64,000 nt of DNA. It comes from Candidatus Uhrbacteria bacterium. Lineage in GTDB: Bacteria; Patescibacteriota; Patescibacteriia; GWA2-47-26. The stretch spans positions 4,046 to 68,045 of the forward strand of contig JACPJN010000007.1 of the NCBI GenBank assembly GCA_016187515.1, written 5' to 3'. Below are positions 20,421-29,195 of the stretch, one piece after another. The translations under genes and the position numbers were made by a program. Each line of letters begins with the position of its first letter. The stretch's first letter is position 1. The notes under the pieces are model-generated. The model worked only from the letters and a program-made list of their open reading frames with translations. It searched no databases and had not been told where the DNA came from.

Positions 20421-20952
20421 GACGAAGACATGCGGCAGTGAGCATGAGTACACCGGCAAGCATACACAGCCCCCATTGCCCGGGCCAGGCAAGAAATGCC
20501 ATGGTCCCGATGAGCACCACCGTGAACGTGGCGGAGCGCACCCGCGCGCCAAAGGTGTTAGGACGGGTGAACCTCGTGGCGATGAGGTAGATTACGAACG
20601 CCAGTGAAAGAGCGATAAACGGTTCCTCGTGCGTGCGGTGTGCGAACCAGTCGTAGCCGAGTCGCCCCAGAAGCACCGCCCCGACTCCGATGTTAAGCGC
20701 GATCACCACGAACCGATGGTACTTGTTGTTCCAGGCGTTGACGACCTGCGGATCGCCCATATAGTTCATGACGGCGCCCAAGATAAGGCGAAGTGCAGTC
20801 GCAACCATATAAAGAATAGCAGCCTCGACCCACTTCCTATTCCAGATCGACATCATAGCTGCCACGCCGCAAATGAAGGCGCAGGGCGCCGTAAGTTTGT
20901 AATTACCCTCGGCACGCACGCGCACAAAACTGAAGCTGACTGGGTTACTCAT
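20380..20952 (-). CDS. polytopic membrane protein (hypothetical), flanked by REP clusters
   Basis: Start MSNPVSFSF preceded by GGAGGTG; 5-6 TM helices; GC-richer than neighbours. Confidence 0.5.
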   Translation of the reverse strand: MSNPVSFSFVRVRAEGNYKLTAPCAFICGVAAMMSIWNRKWVEAAILYMVATALRLILGAVMNYMGDPQVVNAWNNKYHRFVVIALNIGVGAVLLGRLGYDWFAHRTHEEPFIALSLAFVIYLIATRFTRPNTFGARVRSATFTVVLIGTMAFLAWPGQWGLCMLAGVLMLTAACLRLRALQRRFGWETR

Positions 20953-21029
20953 GATGTACACCTCCACCCAAACCTTATCACAAATCCCCGTTTCCGTCAA
21001 GGGCCAGGGCGTGGTAGAATACAACAAAA

Positions 21030-21212
21030 CTCCCCTCTTAAGATAAGAGGGGTTGGGGGGAGTTATGAAGCGGTCGTAACCCCCTCCACTCCCACCCCCT
21101 CTTAATCTCCCCCTCCCGCCAGAGGCGAGGCTCGCCAGAGGCGGCGGGCAGGGGGAGAAAATTGGTTAATCTGTGATCCGTGGCTTATCCGTCATCTATC
21201 CGCGGCTATCAG
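21030..21212. repeat. REP-like element with 3' extension (gtgatccgtggcttatcc...ctatccgcggctatc)
   Basis: Same composite structure as 9480-9620. Confidence 0.65.
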
Positions 21213-21216
21213 TGTT

Positions 21217-22110
21217 ATGAAACACCACACCACCCACTCCACCTCGCGAACCTTGCGCACTGCCATTTTCATGAGTATCGCGGTCGTAATAATCGAAGTT
21301 GCCGGCGGCATTTACACCGGCTCGCTGGCTTTGCTTTCGGACGCCAGCCATGCTTTTTCTGACCTTTTAGCGCTTACCATTACCCTTTTCGCCCTGCGCA
21401 TTGCCGCGCGCCCGCCGACCGCCAAACATACCTTTGGCTATCACCGCGCGGAAGTAATCGGCGCCCTCTTAAATGGCTTGCTGCTTTTAGTCATGGCTTG
21501 GGGGATCGGCAGTGCGGCTTGGTCTCGTCTTGAGTCGCCACCCGACATTCAGGGCGAATTAGTGGCCCTGATCGGTTTTGTCGGCATTATTCCCAATATC
21601 TGGACAGTGGCGCGTTTGCGCAAATCTACAAACCTTAATGTAAAAAGCGCGGCCCTCCATGCCCTCGGTGATGCGGGCGCTTCGGTTGTAGTCGTGATCA
21701 GCGGAGTAATCATCGCGCTTACCGGGCTTACTCAATTTGATGCGGCAGCGAGTTTAATTGTCGTGGCCTTACTGACGATCGGCGCGATACGTCTTCTAAA
21801 GCAAGTATTAATTATCTTACTTGAGGGCACTCCCGAAAACATTGACCGAGAAAATATCTCAAAATTGGTCTGCGCGCTCCCGGGCGTGCGCTCCACCCAC
21901 GACGTGCACCTTTGGACCCTGTGCTCGGACGTGGTGTATTTCACCGGACACCTGGTCATTGATGGAAAACCGGATCTTAAAAAAGCCCAAGAAGTTGTCA
22001 CCGGCGCAACCCGCGCCTTGAACAAAAAAGGTGTTCACCATATAACACTCCAAATTGAGACGCCGGATCACTCGTGCGTGAAAGAAGAGGCCTGCGAAAT
22101 CGTGCACTAG
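21217..22110 (+). CDS. cation diffusion facilitator (CDF) family divalent-metal efflux transporter
   Basis: 297 aa; six TM helices; motif HAFSDLLALTITLFALRIAARPPTAKHTFGYHRAEVIGALLNG; C-terminal cytoplasmic domain. Confidence 0.85.
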   Translation: MKHHTTHSTSRTLRTAIFMSIAVVIIEVAGGIYTGSLALLSDASHAFSDLLALTITLFALRIAARPPTAKHTFGYHRAEVIGALLNGLLLLVMAWGIGSAAWSRLESPPDIQGELVALIGFVGIIPNIWTVARLRKSTNLNVKSAALHALGDAGASVVVVISGVIIALTGLTQFDAAASLIVVALLTIGAIRLLKQVLIILLEGTPENIDRENISKLVCALPGVRSTHDVHLWTLCSDVVYFTGHLVIDGKPDLKKAQEVVTGATRALNKKGVHHITLQIETPDHSCVKEEACEIVH

Positions 22111-22129
22111 ATTTATCCACTGGCCGGAC

Positions 22130-22157
22130 TTGACACCAAAAAGCCAGGGTGTATGAT
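22130..22157 (+). promoter_or_regulatory. sigma70-like promoter TTGACA-N16-TATGAT
   Basis: TTGACA at 22130-22135, TATGAT at 22152-22157, directly after CDF stop. Confidence 0.5.
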
Positions 22158-22163
22158 GAAAAT

Positions 22164-22395
22164 AGAGGACAGCGTGGAGAGGGGGTTTCTCAAGCGATAA
22201 CACAGCCGCGGGGAGAGCGCGTGTGTAAGCTCAAAGAAACCCAGGAATATCAGTTACTCCACCCCCTTTCCCTGTCCGACCACGGACAAAATCTGGTACT
22301 CATACGAGAGCGTCAGGCAGAGCAAACGCGTGCTACGCTATTGGGTTAAAAATATAGGACGAAAATCTCACGGCCGTGAGATTTTCGTCCTTTTT
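22164..22395 (+). ncRNA. candidate ~230-nt sRNA (unknown family)
   Basis: Bounded by the promoter above and a perfect 34-bp hairpin ggacgaaaatctcacggccgtgagattttcgtcc + TTTTT (22357-22395); long-range complementarity ggacagcgtggagaggggg / ccaccccctttccctgtcc; no convincing ORF. Confidence 0.3.
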
Positions 22396-22488
22396 GTTAA
22401 ACGTGAAAATTGCAAAAACCACTCAATCAAAAACTCAATTCTATTAAAAAACCCGCACCCGAAGGCGCGGAATGCAGGTTGGGTCTCC

Positions 22489-22689
22489 TCACTCCAACCC
22501 CTCCAACGAACGAATTATCTGACGCTCCATCTTTTGCCTGTCTACAAACGCTGCCATTACCGTGCGTTCGTACTCGTGCAGTTGTGCATCGCATCGCTTC
22601 AAGGCACGATGGAGTAACACCCACTGCCGTACGCATAGCACTGCAAGTACAGGAATGATCACGCACCAGAGGACAATGGCTTCGAGCAT
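22489..22689 (-). CDS. small membrane protein (hypothetical, 66 aa)
   Basis: SD AGGAGGTGAGTC before ATG; one TM helix; followed by hairpin+T6 terminator at ~22440-22470. Confidence 0.45.
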   Translation of the reverse strand: MLEAIVLWCVIIPVLAVLCVRQWVLLHRALKRCDAQLHEYERTVMAAFVDRQKMERQIIRSLEGLE

Positions 22690-22692
22690 GAC

Positions 22693-23010
22693 TCACCTCC
22701 TAAATCGTGAAAGGTACCACATTGAAAATCCGGGATCACGCCACTCGATCCAGCGGAGCATGCGATGAAGTACTACTCCCATCGCGACCATACCGAGTAA
22801 TGGCCCGAAACTTCGGAGTGCTCCGGTGTCCGCGTAGTCATAGAGGGAGGCAAAAAAGCCAAAACCCAGCAGGAGCACTTTCGGAACATGTCCTCCCCAC
22901 CGATTCATGAACCGATGCGCGGCTCGATCGCGAGCATATTTGTCCACTGCCCAGATAAACAAAATGATAAATAATGGAAACAGGATGAATGTATGCGTGA
23001 TATTGTCCAA
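22693..23010 (-). CDS. membrane protein (hypothetical, 105 aa, TTG start)
   Basis: ORF-track start is TTG; AGGAGG 6 nt upstream; two or three TM helices; co-oriented with downstream 66-aa gene. Confidence 0.45.
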   Translation of the reverse strand: MDNITHTFILFPLFIILFIWAVDKYARDRAAHRFMNRWGGHVPKVLLLGFGFFASLYDYADTGALRSFGPLLGMVAMGVVLHRMLRWIEWRDPGFSMWYLSRFRR

Positions 23011-23059
23011 GGAACACCTCCTACTCCCATCCTACCATAAACAAAAATAAGGGCAAGCG

Positions 23060-23170
23060 CCCTTTCAAATTCTCCCCCCTTAGGGTAAGGGGAGGTTGGG
23101 AGGGGTTACGAACCGTGCAAAGCTCATAACCCACCCTCGCCCTCCCTTATCTTAAGGGAGGGAATTCCAT
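23060..23170. repeat. REP-like palindromic element pair
   Basis: cccccccttagggtaaggggaggttgggaggggttacgaa...cccaccctcgccctcccttatcttaagggaggg. Confidence 0.7.
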
Positions 23171-23180
23171 TATATTGTTG

Positions 23181-25019
23181 CTACACCTTCTCTGCAATTT
23201 CCTTCCTCACCCTCTTCACAAATGCCGCAAGGGTCATCACGGGCTGACGCTGCTGTCCGCGGATGCGGACGGTGAGTTTCTGGAGTGATTTTTCTTTATC
23301 ACCAATAATCAGCATGTAAGGAATTTTTTGCTTCTCGGCTTTGCGGATCTTATAGCCCACCGTATCCGCGCCATCATCCACTTCCACGCGGATCCCCGCT
23401 TCCGCAAGCTGCTTACCCAGTTTTTGTGCTCCGACACGATGCGCTTCCCCGACGGTTCCGATATAGACCTGCACCGGCGAGAGCCAAACCGGAAACGCGC
23501 CGGCAAAGTGCTCAATCAAAATCCCTATGAAGCGCTCGAGCGAACCGTAAATCACACGGTGAATCGCAACCGGCGTTTTCCTGGAACCGTCTTGCGCGGT
23601 GTACTCCAGTTTAAATCGCCGCGGTTGCTGGAAATCAAGTTGAATAGTGCCCATCTGCCACTGCCGCCCGAGCGCGTCATTCATTAAAATATCTACCTTC
23701 GGCCCATAGAACGCGCCATCCCCTTCCTTTATGGTATAGGGCTTACCGCTCTCCTTTAGAATACGCGTCAGCTGCGCCTCGGCCTTGTTCCAGGTGGCAA
23801 TGTCACCCATAAAAATCTCCGGACGCGTTCCGAGTCGGAGTGAGTACTCCAGCTTGAAAATTGCGTAAAATCGTTTGACAATTTCCAGGATTCGCTCATA
23901 TTCTTGGGGAATTTGATCTTCCATCACAAAGCAATGCGCATCATCTTGGCGAAATTCACGCACCCGCAAAAGACCGTTCAGCGTCCCGGACAATTCAAAC
24001 CGATGCAGCATATCCGTATCCGACAGGCGTAGCGGCAATTCCCGATAGCTGCGTCCTTTTGATCCGAAGACCACCATGGCGTTTGGACAATTCATTGCTT
24101 TTATTCCATAGAGCTCACCCTCTACCTCCACTTCACCTTCCCCCTGATCCGCGACAAACATGTCCTGCCAATAATGCTCAAAATGGCCGGAAATCTCATA
24201 GAGTTCCTTTTTATTAAGCAGCGGTGATACAATTTCTTGGTATCCGTATTTTATATGTTCATGCCTCCAAAAATTTATAAGCTCGTTGTAGATGATCACC
24301 CCCTTAGGCAGCCAGTAAGGCATACCCGGGGCGGTGTGGTGAAACATGAATAATTCAAGTTCGGATCCCAATTTCTTATGGTCACGCTTGGCCACCTCTT
24401 CAAGAAAACGCAGATGCGCGGCAAGCGCCTCGGAATTTTCAAACGCCAGTCCGTAAATCCTTTGCAGCTGGGGATTTTTCTGATCACCGCGCCAGTACGC
24501 GCCGGAGATTTTATCAAGCTTAAAAGAATCCGCGCTAATCTCGGAGGTGTTTTCCACATGCCCGCCACGGCAAAGGTCAATGAATTTTCCGGTTTTGTAC
24601 AAAGTGACCGTAGTTGGCTTAGAGCTAAGGGCTAAGGGCTTAGAGTTCGCTGCTCTATGCTCTACGCCCTCTGCCCTTTGCAGTTCAGTAGTCCCGAATT
24701 TCTCAATATCTTCAATCAACTCTATTTTGAACGGCTGCTTCCGTTCTGCAAAAAATTTCTTTGCCTCTCCGGTCGACATCTCCATCCGTTCAAACGCCAG
24801 TTTTTCCTTTACCAGCGCCCGCATGCGTTTTTCCAACTTTCCCAAATCCTCCGGTGTCAGCGTCCGCGGCAGTAAAAAATCATAATAAAATCCATGTTCA
24901 ATCACCGGCCCAACTCCCAACTGGGCTTGGGGAAACATTTCTAAAACCGCACTTGCCAAAATATGGGCAAGCGAGTGACGGATATGCTCAAGTTTGTTCT
25001 TATCTTCTGACATAAACAT
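23181..25019 (-). CDS. thrS: threonyl-tRNA synthetase (no TGS domain), with in-frame simple-repeat insertion
   Basis: Start near MFMSEDKNKLEHIRHSLAHIL; class II motifs, anticodon-binding C-terminus; insert AEGVEHRAANSKPLALSSKP encoded by gcttagagctaagggctaagggcttagag repeats at 24615-24680. Confidence 0.9.
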   Translation of the reverse strand: MFMSEDKNKLEHIRHSLAHILASAVLEMFPQAQLGVGPVIEHGFYYDFLLPRTLTPEDLGKLEKRMRALVKEKLAFERMEMSTGEAKKFFAERKQPFKIELIEDIEKFGTTELQRAEGVEHRAANSKPLALSSKPTTVTLYKTGKFIDLCRGGHVENTSEISADSFKLDKISGAYWRGDQKNPQLQRIYGLAFENSEALAAHLRFLEEVAKRDHKKLGSELELFMFHHTAPGMPYWLPKGVIIYNELINFWRHEHIKYGYQEIVSPLLNKKELYEISGHFEHYWQDMFVADQGEGEVEVEGELYGIKAMNCPNAMVVFGSKGRSYRELPLRLSDTDMLHRFELSGTLNGLLRVREFRQDDAHCFVMEDQIPQEYERILEIVKRFYAIFKLEYSLRLGTRPEIFMGDIATWNKAEAQLTRILKESGKPYTIKEGDGAFYGPKVDILMNDALGRQWQMGTIQLDFQQPRRFKLEYTAQDGSRKTPVAIHRVIYGSLERFIGILIEHFAGAFPVWLSPVQVYIGTVGEAHRVGAQKLGKQLAEAGIRVEVDDGADTVGYKIRKAEKQKIPYMLIIGDKEKSLQKLTVRIRGQQRQPVMTLAAFVKRVRKEIAEKV

Positions 25020-25178
25020 TCTCTTCCTCCTGCGATAAACGCACCCGGCGGTGTGGTAAGGCAATTTTGGGAGCGTCTGCAGTCCTCTCTGCAATTTTAC
25101 CTATGCTCCGTAAATTGCAGAGGGACGGAAGAGGACCCTTGTATTGCCGATCCACACTGCCGGGCGCGTTTTGAGCTC

Positions 25179-26354
25179 CTATTTCTTCACCACCATTTTT
25201 ATCCGATCTGGTATCGTCGGAATCCGCTTTTGCCAAGAAGGAAAAAGCCGCACCGCCACCGCCTCGACCGCGTCAAAACTTTCGAGATATCGCGCGGCTT
25301 CCTCCGGAAGCATTCCGGCCACTTTGACCGGCTCCAAAACCGGACTCCCCGCGGAAAGACGCGCCTGGCCATCCGCGTAGACCTGCAACTGCACCGCTCC
25401 GGTTTTGGCATTCACGCTTTTAATCCGAATGACCAGGGTATCTTTATTAAAACTGATGAGCTCCCGGTCAGAGGGAACATTCGCCAAGACCTTCTCGAGC
25501 GCCAATTTTTCCAGCGCTTCCTTATCGTAAGCGAGCAACTTAACTTTCACTTTGCCAACTACTCCAAGGGTCTGACGCGCTTCGCCCTTTTCCCCGTCAA
25601 AAGTGACTTCCAAAATTTCGCTGTCCGCCGTAACCTCGCCGGCTTGCGCCTCTGGCGCCTTTGAAAATTCTTCTTTGGCGCGGGCAATGGCTTTTTCCAC
25701 CACGGCGTTGCGCGCGCGCTCCAGGTCGTCGGCGACGACCACGCGCACTTTTTGAGCGCCGCCCATCATCGCGGCCTTACTTTCCCCGTAAATCAACAGC
25801 TGCTTTGCCGCGTTCAGTCCGGGAATGGTAAAGCTTCCGGGTGCGATGTCTCCGGAAGGGCCCGTCTGATCCGCGGCCACCGCGACCGCCGTGCTCCCTT
25901 TGGCCGGAACCAGCACGCGTTCTTGAGTACGAAACAAAACTCCGGCGGAGGAAAGAAATCGCGTGGTGGCCACCAAGGGTTGGGGGGCGCTCGTGGTATT
26001 TATAACGGTGATTGTCCCCTCGGACCGGCCTTGCTTTTCCGTAGTTCCGCTGGCTTCAAACTGCAATTCCTCCTCCATGATTTTTTCCTCATAGACCCCG
26101 GCAACCGCCGAAGAATAATCCAGTCCGTCATTTTCCGCCGCCGCTGGCCTCGCAGTGGCCAAAAATTCCGCGCTCCGCAGTTCGTCCTTGGGCGTGATAA
26201 TAATCGTGGCCTTGGCCACCGAGAAAAACACAATAATTCCCACCAAAAGCACCGTCAGCACCACAAAGGAGATCGCAATGCGGCGATAGATCATGGAAAG
26301 CGAGGGGAGGGCTGACTGTCTATGCTTAGTCATATAAATCGCTAATAACATCAT
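25179..26354 (-). CDS. hypothetical membrane-anchored protein
   Basis: 391 aa; single N-terminal TM (ISFVVLTVLLVGIIVFF); no recognisable domain. Confidence 0.45.
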   Translation of the reverse strand: MMLLAIYMTKHRQSALPSLSMIYRRIAISFVVLTVLLVGIIVFFSVAKATIIITPKDELRSAEFLATARPAAAENDGLDYSSAVAGVYEEKIMEEELQFEASGTTEKQGRSEGTITVINTTSAPQPLVATTRFLSSAGVLFRTQERVLVPAKGSTAVAVAADQTGPSGDIAPGSFTIPGLNAAKQLLIYGESKAAMMGGAQKVRVVVADDLERARNAVVEKAIARAKEEFSKAPEAQAGEVTADSEILEVTFDGEKGEARQTLGVVGKVKVKLLAYDKEALEKLALEKVLANVPSDRELISFNKDTLVIRIKSVNAKTGAVQLQVYADGQARLSAGSPVLEPVKVAGMLPEEAARYLESFDAVEAVAVRLFPSWQKRIPTIPDRIKMVVKK

Positions 26355-26401
26355 TATAACACACTTGAAGCTGCCGCGTACTTTTCGCTATCCACAAGCG
26401 T

Positions 26402-27421
26402 CTATACCGCGGGTTGCGCGCGGCCCGCTGCGGATTTACCGGCTCTACCCTTGGCCACCAGCGCCGTTTTGGTCGGTTCGGCAATTTCATAACCCTGGCT
26501 GAATATTTCCGCTTCCAAACGGGTAATTTTTCCGGCCAATTGCTGAAAGGCGTTTAACAGCATACGCCTCTTCTTGTGCAGCGCCGTAATCCGGATAGCA
26601 TGCTCCTGCTCTGTTTCACCGCGCCTACGCGGCGAATCTGTGTCAATATCCTTGATCGCGTACAAAAGATCGGCGCGTTCTTTCTTGGCCTTCCAAAGCT
26701 GCTCTTCCGGGCTCACCCTCGCTTTCTCCATCTTAACCACCTCGTTTGCTTCCGGCCGCACAAAATCAATCAGCCGCCGCGACGCCTCGGCAATACGCTG
26801 GTAGCAGGAAATTTGCAGGTTCCTTTCCAGTGCCGACAAAATATCGGCCGGACGCACTTTCCTGACGGGTTGATCCAGCGCGCGCTCGGACTCAAATACA
26901 CGGCGCGCTAAGGCAAAATCATTACTGTTAAAACCGCCGCCTTCCACCACTCTGCTTAGCAGATCCAGAACTTTAATTTGCGACTGCCGCAATTCAATGG
27001 CCTGCGGAATTTGCTCTTTATCACGCTCAACCTGTTTTTCCAGGACTTTGAGGTTTGCATTCCAGACCTCCACACTGCTTCCAAACCGTTCCAGCGCGCT
27101 TGGTAAATTTCGGCCATCCGCAAAATAAGCGTATTCCAATGCTTCCAGTTTGTTGATGAGAACCGCGGCCTGGTCGTCTCCGCCGCGCTCAAGCGTTGCT
27201 AACTCCCTTTCCAATAAGACAAACTCCGCCTCCGGCGAAATGTATTCAATTTGCTCCGGGACTGATTCCTGCCTTTCGGGGCTAACCGGTCTTACCGAAT
27301 CTCCCAAGCGTCTCGTAAAACGACCGGAAGACACTTCTCCTCCGGAGGATTGTCGGGATCTGCTTTCCCCCTGCGAAACCGGGGCCGACTCATAACTTCG
27401 TCGTGAGTTTTCTCTGGACAT
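26402..27421 (-). CDS. hypothetical coiled-coil protein
   Basis: 339 aa; TTGACA-N17-TATCAT promoter immediately upstream (27428-27457 on minus strand); heptad-rich. Confidence 0.45.
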   Translation of the reverse strand: MSRENSRRSYESAPVSQGESRSRQSSGGEVSSGRFTRRLGDSVRPVSPERQESVPEQIEYISPEAEFVLLERELATLERGGDDQAAVLINKLEALEYAYFADGRNLPSALERFGSSVEVWNANLKVLEKQVERDKEQIPQAIELRQSQIKVLDLLSRVVEGGGFNSNDFALARRVFESERALDQPVRKVRPADILSALERNLQISCYQRIAEASRRLIDFVRPEANEVVKMEKARVSPEEQLWKAKKERADLLYAIKDIDTDSPRRRGETEQEHAIRITALHKKRRMLLNAFQQLAGKITRLEAEIFSQGYEIAEPTKTALVAKGRAGKSAAGRAQPAV

Positions 27422-27518
27422 ACCTTTATATGATACCTACCCGGATCCCGATTGTCAAAAACTTGACAAACTTGAAAATATGTGTTAAACAGTAAGTACG
27501 GGAAAGGAAAGCGCTAAA

Positions 27519-27980
27519 ATGATCCAAACAATGGCCCCCATACCGAAGATCTGGCGGGCCATGATGGTCCGCCCGCAAGCGCCGAAAGGAGGACCCCAAC
27601 CCGGGGTCTTGCAAGTTCTTCTTTACCATACGGACGATTCACCCGGTCTGCTTCCAAAACCACCGGAGGGAGTGCGTGTGAAACTGAATTTTGCGGATGG
27701 TCTGGGAAGCGAAGTATGGCAGGAGCAGCGGCGCCGGCTTGTACATGGTACAATCTTGACGCTCGTTCTGAAAACATGGCGCGAGCTTTCCCTGGGAGGA
27801 GAACTACTGACCAGCTGCGCAAAGCCAGAGATTCTCCAAGTGCTCGCGGGTTTTTCGCTCCTGGTTCCGAACTTGCCTGAGCTGCGGTTCACTCGTGAAC
27901 CGCATCCGGAAAGCATTGTGTTTCTGCCGGAGGCACAGACCTCACTGGGGGTACAACCTCCAAAGGAGAAACCTCCATGA
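27519..27980 (+). CDS. hypothetical protein (153 aa)
   Basis: Convergent with 28047..29189 gene with a shared hairpin+T-run between them; alternative minus-strand ORFs overlap, so the call is tentative. Confidence 0.3.
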   Translation: MIQTMAPIPKIWRAMMVRPQAPKGGPQPGVLQVLLYHTDDSPGLLPKPPEGVRVKLNFADGLGSEVWQEQRRRLVHGTILTLVLKTWRELSLGGELLTSCAKPEILQVLAGFSLLVPNLPELRFTREPHPESIVFLPEAQTSLGVQPPKEKPP

Positions 27981-28046
27981 CCTGGACACGCGCTCGCCGC
28001 TCTACTCAAAAGCGGAGGCCTGCCTCGCAGACCCCCGCTTGTTTTT

Positions 28047-29189
28047 TTATTCCGGAGCTTGTGCGATTCTCTCCATATCTTCCGCGTGCCTCCGGCGTTC
28101 GCTTTCGTCAGCTTCTGCCTTCAACCACTCTTCTTTAAGTTGTGTTTTTCTCCCTTCCAGCGCTTCCAGCGCTTCACCCAAAGGCGCGAGTTGGCGCAAA
28201 TCAGCCAGCTGATCATCCTTCCCGATCTTCTCGATTTGTTCCTTGATATTGTCAATTTCTAGATCTACTCTAGCCAGCTCTACGTCAATCCTGCGCACTT
28301 GCTTCGCCGCCTGTTCAACCAATTGGCGCAATCCGATGGCGCGTATTTTTCGCTCGGGTACGGATCGTGATTCTAGACCCATAGTTGGAGAAATTAAATT
28401 CTTATTTGGATCTTCTGAAGCAGGGGGGCTCTTTTGAGTATCCTCCCAAGGCAATCGCTCCCGCGTCGCGTCTATTCGTTTCGGACTGATGAGCGCTGCC
28501 GGTCCAGCGACCTCTTCCGGGGCTTCCTGTACTGGTTGCTCTGCGGTTCTAGGAGCATTAAATTTACCCTGTCGCGCCTCCACCAGCGCACGCGCAACTC
28601 CCAGTGGCTGTTCAGTTATAAAACGCTTCTCCCACTTTTCCAGTGGTGGAGAGCCGCGCGGGGTTTGGGCGGACGCTTGTTTCTCGGCAGCAGGCGCGTT
28701 GGGCTGACCGCGGAGCGCCCGCTCAAGCGCCGGATGACCGGCCATAAATTTCTGTTCCCACGGCTGAAGCTGTAACTCGGTAGGAGCGGAAGGATCAATC
28801 TGCCCGGCCTCCGGCGCCCTCACCCCATATTCTTCCGCGACATATCTAATCGCGTCAACCGGAGTTTTAAGTTGCCCGGCCTGCGCTTCCAATTGGGCCA
28901 AAAGTTCTGCGGCGCGCTGGCGCGCCGCGTTAACACGCGCCGGATCCCCGGAAGGGGTCGCGCGGCCTAACTCCGCAAGAATCGCGCCGGTATAAACCGC
29001 GGTATCACGTAATTTCTGATCCACCCGCCCGCGCGCCTGTCCGCGTTGAATCACCGCGCGCTGATCTGCGGTCAAATCCGGCCGCGGCGGACCGCCTTCT
29101 TTGCCTTCAGCGCCTTCTACCGGAAAAAGCACCTCTGGTCCGGGCGCTTTTGGCCTATTCTCGCTTATATTTTGTGCCCTGTCTGCCAT
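28047..29189 (-). CDS. hypothetical coiled-coil protein
   Basis: 380 aa; Ala/Glu/Gln-rich heptads, no known domain. Confidence 0.45.
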   Translation of the reverse strand: MADRAQNISENRPKAPGPEVLFPVEGAEGKEGGPPRPDLTADQRAVIQRGQARGRVDQKLRDTAVYTGAILAELGRATPSGDPARVNAARQRAAELLAQLEAQAGQLKTPVDAIRYVAEEYGVRAPEAGQIDPSAPTELQLQPWEQKFMAGHPALERALRGQPNAPAAEKQASAQTPRGSPPLEKWEKRFITEQPLGVARALVEARQGKFNAPRTAEQPVQEAPEEVAGPAALISPKRIDATRERLPWEDTQKSPPASEDPNKNLISPTMGLESRSVPERKIRAIGLRQLVEQAAKQVRRIDVELARVDLEIDNIKEQIEKIGKDDQLADLRQLAPLGEALEALEGRKTQLKEEWLKAEADESERRRHAEDMERIAQAPE

Positions 29190-29195
29190 ATAATT

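Noticed and set aside
20187-20607. ORFs 20187..20552 (-) and 20221..20607 (+)
   Set aside because: They are translations of the REP-element cluster (poly-G/P/R low complexity) and overlap each other.
23008-23010. TTG start codon of the 105-aa membrane protein as an annotation error
   Set aside because: It is kept as real, because a perfect AGGAGG lies 6 nt upstream and there is no in-frame ATG nearby.
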